Shown here piece after piece: positions 56,292-64,000 of a stretch of DNA of 64,000 nt. Below the pieces are notes generated by a model. That model saw nothing but the letters and a program-made list of their open reading frames with translations, was not told where the DNA came from and searched no databases. The DNA comes from Gammaproteobacteria bacterium (GTDB lineage: Bacteria > Pseudomonadota > Gammaproteobacteria > Pseudomonadales > Cellvibrionaceae). The DNA is taken from assembly GCA_021151835.1 (NCBI GenBank), contig JAGKWO010000007.1:7064-71063 (forward strand), written 5' to 3'. Numbering within the stretch: position 1 is the stretch's first letter; each line of letters begins with the position of its first letter. A program made the translations under genes and the position numbers.

Positions 56292-57135
56292 TGTCTGTCT
56301 CCAGAAATTGCTGCTTTGTGTGAATAATCTCCTTGGTAGGAATTATGCTGTCCAGGTAATTAGCAGCTTGTTCAATAATATCTTCATGGTGTATTAGTGC
56401 GCGTTCGATGATTTTGGTAATGGCGCTTCCAATGATCACACCGTCAAGCTCACTGGTGGAGAATATGGTTTCAATATCAGCGCGATCTTTAATACCAAAT
56501 CCCGCGAGTAATGGAAGGTTTGTTTGCGCGCGTATGCTGCGATAAAAATCCTGTAGCGGCGCTGCACGAAAATCGATGGCGCTACCTGTGCGACCATACT
56601 GGGAAACCAGATAAATAAAGCTCCTTGCATTAGTTACCGTTTGTGCGATAGCTTGCGGTTTGCTGTTTGGATAAAGGCTTAGTACCGGCGCTATTGAATA
56701 TTCTTTAGTTAATTGCAGATAGTCATTCAAATAGAGTGGCGGCAAACCATGCAACAGCAATCCATCAATATCAGCTTCTTTGGCTGTGCGAATAATGTCC
56801 TTCAGTCCACGCGCTTTTACGGTATGGCTGAAATCGGCCAGCAATACGATTGGAATTGAAGAGGTTTGGCGTAATCCCTGCACCATTTCAATAACCTCTT
56901 CAAACCCGACGCCATTGTGTAACGCGCGTTGGTGTGAGTTGAGGACGCTGGCACCGTCGGTAAATGAATTAGCGAAGGGCACGCCCAGCTCAATCAGATC
57001 AACGCCTTTTTGATCGCACAACTCAATCAATTTTCGGGTGGTGGCAACATCCGGGTCACCGCAATTAAGATAGGTGCAGATGCTGCGCCGATGTGCGGCG
57101 CGATTTTTAAATAAAGTATCAAGTACTCTGCCCAT
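56275..57135 (-). CDS. Tryptophan synthase alpha-like protein (stand-alone TrpA paralog)
   Basis: GDPD, IELGVPF...DG, YLVS..G.TG, GFGI and GSAI motifs; no adjacent trpB. Confidence 0.9.
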   Translation of the reverse strand: MGRVLDTLFKNRAAHRRSICTYLNCGDPDVATTRKLIELCDQKGVDLIELGVPFANSFTDGASVLNSHQRALHNGVGFEEVIEMVQGLRQTSSIPIVLLADFSHTVKARGLKDIIRTAKEADIDGLLLHGLPPLYLNDYLQLTKEYSIAPVLSLYPNSKPQAIAQTVTNARSFIYLVSQYGRTGSAIDFRAAPLQDFYRSIRAQTNLPLLAGFGIKDRADIETIFSTSELDGVIIGSAITKIIERALIHHEDIIEQAANYLDSIIPTKEIIHTKQQFLETDSEHTA

Positions 57136-57216
57136 GGCAAGCTGTCCTTTGGCCGGATTGTTACTCGACTATTGATCGTTACTCGATTGTCGACAGGCGA
57201 CAGATATCCCGAGTGT

Positions 57217-57918
57217 TTAATTGACGACTTCTTCCTGATCAAAACGTCGCTGTGCAATGCCGCGCATGCTGTCAAATGCATCGATCCATTTCTGTACCAA
57301 CTCATCGCCATACTTGCGACGAAATTCGGTAATGATTTGATTTACCGGAATATCAGCATAACTACCATGGTCTACCAGGTATTCCAGAAATTGTCCTTTA
57401 TCCGGGTTAAAGGCTTGATACTTTGAATCGGTTTCGCCATTAAATTCGAGTGGCTCTACACCATGGCGCTCGCAGGTTTTTTTATCGAACGCAGGCGTGG
57501 CAGTAATCCATTTTCCATTTAAATAAAATTCGGTATAGCCATGATAAGCAAACTCATTGGTACCAATAAGGTCAATTAATTGCTTGGTAGCAATGTGATT
57601 GCGCACGGTAGAAAAACCGATGCGTGAGGGAATACCGCAGTAGCGACCTAAAGCACACAACAGGGCTGCTTTACTAACGCAATAACCTTTCTTGCGCTTG
57701 ATAACGTTGCTCGCCTGATAAGACTCTTCCCGATGATAGGCAACATAGGGGTTGTAGGAAATTCCATCGCGGACTTTATAATAAAGTGCAACCGCAGTGG
57801 CGACCGGGTCCGATGCACATTGCTCAAGAATACTTTGCGCATATTCACCAACCGATGGATGATCACTATCAATAATTTTAGTAGGTGTTAAATAAGCAGG
57901 ATCTAATGTGGAATGCAT
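57217..57918 (-). CDS. Transglutaminase-like superfamily protein
   Basis: GYCVSKAALLCALGR..GIPSR (Cys) and HGYTEFYLNGKWITATPAFD (His/Asp region). Confidence 0.88.
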   Translation of the reverse strand: MHSTLDPAYLTPTKIIDSDHPSVGEYAQSILEQCASDPVATAVALYYKVRDGISYNPYVAYHREESYQASNVIKRKKGYCVSKAALLCALGRYCGIPSRIGFSTVRNHIATKQLIDLIGTNEFAYHGYTEFYLNGKWITATPAFDKKTCERHGVEPLEFNGETDSKYQAFNPDKGQFLEYLVDHGSYADIPVNQIITEFRRKYGDELVQKWIDAFDSMRGIAQRRFDQEEVVN

Positions 57919-57953
57919 AGCGAAAATTCCAAAGGTTGGCGAGTATTTAACTA

Positions 57954-58337
57954 TTAATAATGTGAGCTGGCGCTGGATGTCAGGTTATGCGATTCCTTGC
58001 CCTTTAATGCGGGAAGAAATACACACACTAAACGCATGGTTGAGTAAGCGGTTAGATAGTGCTTATCATTTTTATCCAGCGCGTAAATGGTTCCTGGCTT
58101 AATAGAGTAAACCTTGTCGTCGCTTGCGGTGCGAACTTCACCTTCACCTTCAATGCAGTAACAAGTTTCCAAATGGTTTTTGTATTCCAGTAACGAGGTG
58201 GTTCCAGCATTAATTATGGTGTCTGTAACACTGTAACCCATATTGTCGCTTTCAATTAAAAAGCGACGGCTTTGGCCGTTACCCCAAAAAACATCTCGGT
58301 CAGAATTCATAATTTCTTCAATATTGCGAACAATCAT
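57954..58337 (-). CDS. ectC: Ectoine synthase-like cupin (orphan EctC)
   Basis: MIVR, SRR.L..D.MG.S, YKNHLE.CYCIEGEGEV, PGTIYALDKNDKH and CVF.P.L.G.E.H motifs. Confidence 0.88.
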   Translation of the reverse strand: MIVRNIEEIMNSDRDVFWGNGQSRRFLIESDNMGYSVTDTIINAGTTSLLEYKNHLETCYCIEGEGEVRTASDDKVYSIKPGTIYALDKNDKHYLTAYSTMRLVCVFLPALKGKESHNLTSSASSHY

Positions 58338-58399
58338 GGCGATTTCCTTTTGTACGATGGTTGGTTAAACAGGGGGAGAGTGAACTATTGTGGCAACGA

Positions 58400-59071
58400 T
58401 CAGGCGTATTTAAGCGGGAGTGAGGGGCGCATAATAGTGCTCAATCGTTGTTTGCAAATTACCCCATGGGTTCTGGCAGCTGAATCTATATCAAAACCAA
58501 ACGGCTTGTGTGATTCGTAAATTGATTCAAGGCAGGTTTCGTCAATGCCACCAGCAATCATGGTTTTATCCTGTATCTTCCATTTATGAAAAAAGTCCTT
58601 AATAAAATCGTCAGCCAGGCGAATGCCAGTGCTGCCAATCTGTTGCTTATTCTGAAAGGTGTCCAGAATAAAATAATCAGTTCCCGCTTCTATGTAGCGT
58701 TCGATCAAATTGCTTTCAACACAGCGATTGCTCTGCACATGCAGTACCTTGAAAATTTTTACATCACTACCCAATTCCTGCTTTACCTGATTAATAAATG
58801 CAGGTAAATGAAAGCCATGGAACTGTATGCCCTTGATAGACGCCTGATCACAAGCTTGCGCGAGCAGTTTTAAGTCGTGGCTCATGGTGACTAATAAAAA
58901 TTCCAATGAATCTGTTGCGCTGGCAACCAGCTGTTTTAATTGCGATAACTGAAGATCATAACGCCCTTCAGGAATGCCATGCCAAAGGCCTGCATAGGTA
59001 ACATTATGTGTCTCAAGAAGTTTTATTTCTTCGACTGATGTAACCCCGCAAATTTTAATCTTTGGTTTCAT
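58400..59071 (-). CDS. Phosphoribosylanthranilate isomerase-like protein (TrpF paralog)
   Basis: KIKICGVT (catalytic Cys), QFHG, ILDT (catalytic Asp), GSTG and AGGI motifs. Confidence 0.85.
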   Translation of the reverse strand: MKPKIKICGVTSVEEIKLLETHNVTYAGLWHGIPEGRYDLQLSQLKQLVASATDSLEFLLVTMSHDLKLLAQACDQASIKGIQFHGFHLPAFINQVKQELGSDVKIFKVLHVQSNRCVESNLIERYIEAGTDYFILDTFQNKQQIGSTGIRLADDFIKDFFHKWKIQDKTMIAGGIDETCLESIYESHKPFGFDIDSAARTHGVICKQRLSTIMRPSLPLKYA

Positions 59072-59106
59072 GGCGCAGTTTCCAATTTTTAGACAAATAC
59101 CAGCGA

Positions 59107-59358
59107 TTAATTGACCGCTACTTTTTCCGAGATCATTGCTGAAATGGCGGCAATGGATTTAAGGTTTTCCGGATCAATCTCTTCCGGCTCCAAAGTAATA
59201 TCGTAGTTATCCTCAACGAAGGCTACGAGTTTCAATACGGCAAGTGAATCCAGAATTCCGTTTTGGATCAGATCCATATCATCCGTAATATCTGCTGCAT
59301 GGCCTTCGGGAACAAATTCCTGAATGATGTATTGCTTTAAGTTATGCAGTTGCGACAT
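59107..59358 (-). CDS. Stand-alone peptidyl/acyl carrier protein (PltL/RedO-like)
   Basis: Acidic 83-aa protein with GILDSLAVLKLV phosphopantetheine site. Confidence 0.92.
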   Translation of the reverse strand: MSQLHNLKQYIIQEFVPEGHAADITDDMDLIQNGILDSLAVLKLVAFVEDNYDITLEPEEIDPENLKSIAAISAMISEKVAVN

Positions 59359-60973
59359 GATTTCCCCTTAATTTGATTAATGCTTGTTTGTTGGTTTTTC
59401 CTGAAGATGTTTTTGGTAATGGTGTATTACTGCATTCAAAAATATGCGGAATGGCATACTTGGGCAGATTGTTTGCGCAGAAGACTTTTAAATCGATAAC
59501 AGAAACTTGTTTATCGGGAGCCGGAGTAAAAATAGCCACTATCTTGTTGCCAATTTCGTCATCGGCCACAGGAATAACAGCGACATCGCTAATGGCCGGA
59601 TGGGTTTGCAACAAATTTTCTATTTCCAGCAGGTTTACACGATTGCCGCTGGTTTTAATGATGTCGTCTTTCCTGCCACAAAATAAAAGATTGCCGTCAT
59701 GAGTAACTTGGACAATATCTTTTGTTACGTAATAATCCTTGCTTGTGCCAGAGTCCCGGCTGGTAATAGCGATAAAACTGTTTACCGCCGTATTTTTGTA
59801 GCCACGCATGGTGGTCGGAGTTCTGACCAGGAGTTCACCCTCTTCAAAGTCAGCTACGGGATTGTTGTGCTGGTCAACAATCAAAAACTCAACGTAAGGC
59901 AGGGCTTTTCCAATCGGCAATGGGTCCGGAAAGGCTTGGTTGCCCGCAGGAATGGAGAACACAAATGTATCGTTTGTTTCGGTTGCACCATAAATGTTAT
60001 GGAATGCCGCATTAGCAAAATGCACCGATAAATTTTCAAGTAACGAACCGCTTACACGCTCACCGGCGAATAATATGTGGCGCAACGAAGGATATTGGTG
60101 TTTGGCGATATCGCCGTATTTAAGCAATAACACCAGCACCGATGGTACTGATTGCCAGACTGTGATGTGTTGCCGGGCAATATATTGCGTTAAAAATTTC
60201 GGATTGCCCGACATATTATCCGGAACCAGGACAACGCAGGCACCTGCGGCATGCGCAGCAAAAATATCCAGTAATGAAAGATCAAAATGCAAGGGAGCAT
60301 GACTGATGCATCGGTCTTTATGTGTTAACTGAAAATAGCCGATTACCCACTGCACAAAAATGCTAATACTGGTATGGGAGATCATTGCACCTTTGGGCAT
60401 CCCGGTGGAGCCTGAGGTAAATAGTGTGGTAGCGAGACTGTCAGCGGGTAAGTTCCCGGTAGTCGTTTTTTCGCGTAACGCTGCAGCAATTTCATTGGGT
60501 GTAGTGTTATCTTCTGCGGCGCTATCAAGATTTACCGGTATGTAACGGAACTGATCTACGGGCGCATTCCAGTCTTTATCTGATAGCACCACAATATTAA
60601 AAGACAATGGAGTATCGGCCAGTACGGAGCGTAATTGATCCAGAAAATCGGGCGTAGTTATCAGTGTCGAAATCTTGCATTGATCAACAATATACTGAAC
60701 GCGTGCCGCCGGGTTTTTTGTGTCCAGCGGAACATACACTGCATTAGCTTGCAGCACGCCATAAATTGCCATAATAGCTTCGGGACATTTTCCCATGTAT
60801 AAACCGATGCATTGTTCATCGATAACAACGATGGAACTGAGATGTGCAGCAATTCGTTGAGATGTAGTATTCAATTCTTTGAACGTAGTTGCGCGGTCAT
60901 TAATACGAATAGCCTCGTTCGCAGGAAATTGTTGTGCGCTATCCAGCATCCAGGTATGTACTAACTTGTTCAT
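59342..60973 (-). CDS. Stand-alone amino acid adenylation domain (PltF/RedM-like)
   Basis: YVPLD, FTSGSTGMPKG, HFDLS, YGATE, GRKDDIIK..G.RV...EIE and LPKTSSGK motifs. Confidence 0.93.
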   Translation of the reverse strand: MNKLVHTWMLDSAQQFPANEAIRINDRATTFKELNTTSQRIAAHLSSIVVIDEQCIGLYMGKCPEAIMAIYGVLQANAVYVPLDTKNPAARVQYIVDQCKISTLITTPDFLDQLRSVLADTPLSFNIVVLSDKDWNAPVDQFRYIPVNLDSAAEDNTTPNEIAAALREKTTTGNLPADSLATTLFTSGSTGMPKGAMISHTSISIFVQWVIGYFQLTHKDRCISHAPLHFDLSLLDIFAAHAAGACVVLVPDNMSGNPKFLTQYIARQHITVWQSVPSVLVLLLKYGDIAKHQYPSLRHILFAGERVSGSLLENLSVHFANAAFHNIYGATETNDTFVFSIPAGNQAFPDPLPIGKALPYVEFLIVDQHNNPVADFEEGELLVRTPTTMRGYKNTAVNSFIAITSRDSGTSKDYYVTKDIVQVTHDGNLLFCGRKDDIIKTSGNRVNLLEIENLLQTHPAISDVAVIPVADDEIGNKIVAIFTPAPDKQVSVIDLKVFCANNLPKYAIPHIFECSNTPLPKTSSGKTNKQALIKLRGNHVATA

Positions 60974-60988
60974 GGGTAATTCCTTTAA

Positions 60989-62128
60989 TTAAAGACCAAG
61001 CATGGAGGCGATGGTGTTTCGCTGGATTTCCGACGTGCCAGAATAAATTTTACTGGCTACGGAATTGCGTACATATTTTTCAATGCCCGATTCCTGCATG
61101 TAGCCATGGCCACCAAAAATTTGCAGTGCGTCAAGTGAGGTCTTTACGTAGTTTTCGCTGGTAACGACTTTGGCGATGGCAAGGTCGGTGGTGATATTGT
61201 TGCCCTGGTGAAATGCAAGTGCTGCCTTGTAAAGCATCGAACGCGATACCTCTACGGCAATTTTCATATCCGCAATCTTGTGCGATATTGCCTGGAATTT
61301 GCAGATGGGCTCGCCGTACTGTTTACGTGATTTGCTGTATTCAATGCATTTGGCCAGCAGGTGCTCCATCTCACCAATATTGATTACAAATGAACAGAGC
61401 ACTTCCCATTTCATTACATAATTAAAAATTGAAAATCCTTGTCCCTCTTTGCCAAGCAGTTGCGCACGCGACAATTGACAATCATCAAAAAACAGATCGC
61501 ATAATACAGAGGTATTAAGCCCCATTTTTTTCATTGGTTGTCCAACAGTAAAGCCGGGGGTGTCTTTATCGAGAATAAATGCGCTGTAGCCCCCAAGGAC
61601 GCCGGCATTTTTATTGGTGCGTGCGTACACAATAAAGGTATCGGCAACCGGACCATTGGAAACAAACGTTTTGTTACCGTTAAGTACGTAACCTTCTTCG
61701 TTGCGTATTGCATTGGTAATCATATTCCATGCGTCAGATCCACTCTCCGGTTCGGAGATGGCGTGCGCCCCAATTTTTTTTCCCGAGCAAAGATCGGGCA
61801 GGTACTTGTTTTTTTGTTCTTCGTTACCGAATTTCTGAATAGGGATACAGGTGCTGACAATATGCGATGAAACCGCAAAACTAAATCCGGAATCTTCACA
61901 GTGTTTACCAAACGCTTCGAGCACATAGAGGGTTGTCAATACATCCTGTTCCAACCCGCCGTATTCCTTTTTTATGGGGAGCGACAAAACGCCCATTTCC
62001 CGCACAAGTTTCCACATCTTCAACAAGGTGGCACGATCATTCTGCCCGTCAAAGTCATCATTAAGCTTTGTTGCCCATTCGCCAATTGAATTGCGCAATT
62101 CAATTTGATCTTCTGTCCACTTAATCAT
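60989..62128 (-). CDS. Acyl-CoA dehydrogenase-family enzyme (prolyl-PCP dehydrogenase PltE/RedW-like)
   Basis: AISEPESGSD, LNGNKTFVSNG, KMGL, RKQYG.PI..FQAI, GGHGYM and IYSGTSEIQR motifs; next to A domain and PCP. Start 62128 or 62137. Confidence 0.9.
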   Translation of the reverse strand: MIKWTEDQIELRNSIGEWATKLNDDFDGQNDRATLLKMWKLVREMGVLSLPIKKEYGGLEQDVLTTLYVLEAFGKHCEDSGFSFAVSSHIVSTCIPIQKFGNEEQKNKYLPDLCSGKKIGAHAISEPESGSDAWNMITNAIRNEEGYVLNGNKTFVSNGPVADTFIVYARTNKNAGVLGGYSAFILDKDTPGFTVGQPMKKMGLNTSVLCDLFFDDCQLSRAQLLGKEGQGFSIFNYVMKWEVLCSFVINIGEMEHLLAKCIEYSKSRKQYGEPICKFQAISHKIADMKIAVEVSRSMLYKAALAFHQGNNITTDLAIAKVVTSENYVKTSLDALQIFGGHGYMQESGIEKYVRNSVASKIYSGTSEIQRNTIASMLGL

Positions 62129-62327
62129 ATTTGGCATGTCCAAAATGGAGTTAATTAATCTAATCAGGAAACTACAAATGAAATTTTGCATTGCTGATGT
62201 AACGTAACGACTTTGCTCTTGGCGGTGCTTTTTTTTGCGTTGCTGCAAGAGTCGAAATTAATCATGAGTCGCAATTAATCTTGGTAACAATTCGGGCAAA
62301 TAGTAGGTTGATGTAAAAAGTGGATGA

Positions 62328-62459
62328 AACTGTACTTAGGTTCAGTACTGATATATTTCGGCAATAGTTAATTTTGTAGTTGTTAAAAAATAATGAATTC
62401 AAAATTTAACCTGTCCGTGGGGTCAGGTGAGGGCATTGTCACTGTACCCCTGGGCAGTT
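62328..62459. promoter_or_regulatory. Three lux-box-like sites in the divergent promoter of the cluster
   Basis: AACTGTACTTAGGTTCAGTA (62328-62347), ACCTGTCCGTGGGGTCAGGT (62409-62428) and CACTGTACCCCTGGGCAGTT (62440-62459); all CTGT-N9-CAG. Confidence 0.7.
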
Positions 62460-62565
62460 GTTGCTAATAAAAAATTAAGCAGAATTGCCGCAGTTAAACG
62501 CGCCTTGGCAGTGACTATAAATTTCGAATGAATTGCGATGTTGATTTTTAAAGGTGGATTCCAGC

Positions 62566-63804
62566 ATGAACAGAAGAATCGTAGTAACAGGCTGTGGTGT
62601 GGTGTCCAGTATTGGCAATAGCTGTCGCGAAGTATTGCAATCGCTGCAGCAAAATCGTTCAGGCATAGTGGCGATGCCACAATGGGAACAGTACGGTTTT
62701 AAAAGTTTGGTAGCCGGCACCATAAAATTGCCTGACGTCGATTCGTTGCGTAATGACTTCGGGCAGAAAGCGCGCTTTATGGATGTGTCGGCGCTTTACT
62801 CGCTCATTTGTGCAGAAGAAGCTGTTGCCGCAAGTGGCATTGATCGCGCAGATCTGGCAAGCGAGCGCGCCGCGTGTATTGTTGGCAGCGGTTTTAGCAA
62901 CAGCGAGCCTTATCGTCAGGCGTTGGACCGCATCGAAGGGCGTGCCAGGCGCATTGGGCCTTTCGAAGTGACGCGTTCCATGGCGAGCAGCGTCAGTGCC
63001 AACCTCGCATTTTTTTACGGCATAAAAGGCCGGAGTTATTCCATCAGCTCTGCATGCGCCACATCGTTGCACAACATCGGTCACGCCTATGAATTAATTA
63101 AAAGCGGTATATGCGATCTGGCGATTGCCGGTGGTGCGGAAGAAGTTTCGCCGGTATTCACTTGTATGTTTGACGGTATGCGTAAAGTAATGTCCTCCGG
63201 TTTTAATAATGAACCGCAGCGCGCGTCGCGGGCTTATGACAAAAATCGCGACGGGTTTGTAATCAGTGGCGGTGCAGGTGTCGTTGTGCTGGAAGAATAT
63301 GAGCGGGCATTGGCTCGTAACGCGCCTATTTATGGCGAAATTATCGGCTTTGGTACCAGCTCTGATGGCCATGACATTGTCCAGCCTGACCCGGAAGGAA
63401 TGGGATGTTATCGCTGTATTGAAACTGCATTGCACGATGCAAAATGTTCGATAGCCGAAATTGACTACATCAATACCCACGGCACCTCCACACCGATTGG
63501 TGATTTCGCCGAAACCGGTGCAATCAGGAAAATATTTGGCGATCTGCCCGTGCGTATCTCTTCCACAAAATCCCTCACTGGTCACGGTATAGGTGCAACC
63601 GGTGCACAAGAAATTATCTACTGCCTATTGATGATGAATGAGGGATTTGTAACAGCATCCGTCAATATCGATGACCTTGATGAGCCATTTGAGGGGCTGA
63701 ATATTGTGCGCCGCAACGAAACCTGCGAGCTCAACAAGGTGCTTACCAATTCCTTTGGTTTCGGTGGTACTAACGGATCGATGATTTTAAGTAAGGTTAA
63801 CTAA
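62566..63804 (+). CDS. Beta-ketoacyl-ACP synthase (FabB-like, cluster-associated)
   Basis: SISSACATS (Cys), THGTST (His), KSLTGH (His) and NSFGFGGTN motifs. Confidence 0.93.
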   Translation: MNRRIVVTGCGVVSSIGNSCREVLQSLQQNRSGIVAMPQWEQYGFKSLVAGTIKLPDVDSLRNDFGQKARFMDVSALYSLICAEEAVAASGIDRADLASERAACIVGSGFSNSEPYRQALDRIEGRARRIGPFEVTRSMASSVSANLAFFYGIKGRSYSISSACATSLHNIGHAYELIKSGICDLAIAGGAEEVSPVFTCMFDGMRKVMSSGFNNEPQRASRAYDKNRDGFVISGGAGVVVLEEYERALARNAPIYGEIIGFGTSSDGHDIVQPDPEGMGCYRCIETALHDAKCSIAEIDYINTHGTSTPIGDFAETGAIRKIFGDLPVRISSTKSLTGHGIGATGAQEIIYCLLMMNEGFVTASVNIDDLDEPFEGLNIVRRNETCELNKVLTNSFGFGGTNGSMILSKVN

Positions 63805-63867
63805 TCAGGCATGTGCCTGACATATCGGTAAATTTAAATAAGTGAATTAATTCAGAGGAAATTACAA

Positions 63868-64000
63868 ATGGATAGAAATGAAGTTTACAAAACAGTTTCC
63901 GAGATTCTTAGCAAATCTTTGTTAACTACCAAAAAAATCAACGAAAGTGACAGGCTGGTTGATGACCTGGCCCTGGATTCAATCGGTTTTGTGGAGCTGG
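63868..64000 (+). CDS. Acyl carrier protein, 3'-truncated by window edge
   Basis: GAGGA RBS; MDRNEVYKTVSEILSKSLLTTKKINESDRLVDDLALDSIGFVEL... with DSI phosphopantetheine motif. Not in the ORF track. Confidence 0.85.
   Translation, partial: MDRNEVYKTVSEILSKSLLTTKKINESDRLVDDLALDSIGFVEL

Noticed and set aside
57954-58337. Ectoine osmoprotection locus
   Set aside because: No ectA, ectB, ectD or ask gene in the window; the gene sits mid-operon in the biosynthetic cluster.
54520-59071. Ordinary tryptophan biosynthesis operon
   Set aside because: No trpE/G/B, non-canonical order, interleaved ectC and transglutaminase genes, and altered TrpD/TrpC motifs.
59107-62128. Prodigiosin, tambjamine or pyoluteorin cluster, or a dltA/dltC D-alanylation system
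   Set aside because: No PigC/H/J, type I PKS, PltA or DltB/D homolog is visible; only the generic three-gene cassette is shared. The right part of the cluster is unseen.
1-64000. tRNA/rRNA genes, transposases, integrases, prophage or defence genes
   Set aside because: None recognised by eye; a tRNAscan/ISEScan/DefenseFinder run would be needed to exclude them formally.

Overview
A 64-kb gammaproteobacterial chromosome segment. The poly-Ser-linked CBM2/CBM10 proteins and the argH-algZ-algR and hslO-hslR-yrfG/nudE-cysQ gene orders point to Cellvibrio or Cellvibrionaceae (inference). The left 37 kb holds housekeeping and metabolic genes: dbpA, gntP, hslO/hslR, nudE, cysQ, modABC, a short modE, moaAB, cobA-nirBD with sigma54/NtrC-like sites, two c-di-GMP enzymes, cyaA, a hybrid kinase, argH and algZ/algR. 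From 37 to 51 kb there is a non-catalytic CBM2-PKD protein, a GH5 mannanase-like enzyme, and an ECF sigma/FecR/TonB transducer followed by halogenase-SapC-DUF6445. From 51 to 64 kb, running off the right end, is the most notable feature: a biosynthetic gene cluster I do not recognise. It combines a PltE/F/L-like dehydrogenase/adenylation/carrier cassette, divergent TrpF, TrpA, TrpD and TrpC paralogs (no TrpB or TrpE in the window; TrpD and TrpC active-site motifs altered), an orphan EctC, a transglutaminase-like enzyme, a FabB-like ketosynthase and an ACP. An atypical LuxR and four lux-box-like CT-N12-AG sites accompany it. All calls come from reading motifs by eye; no database search was run.
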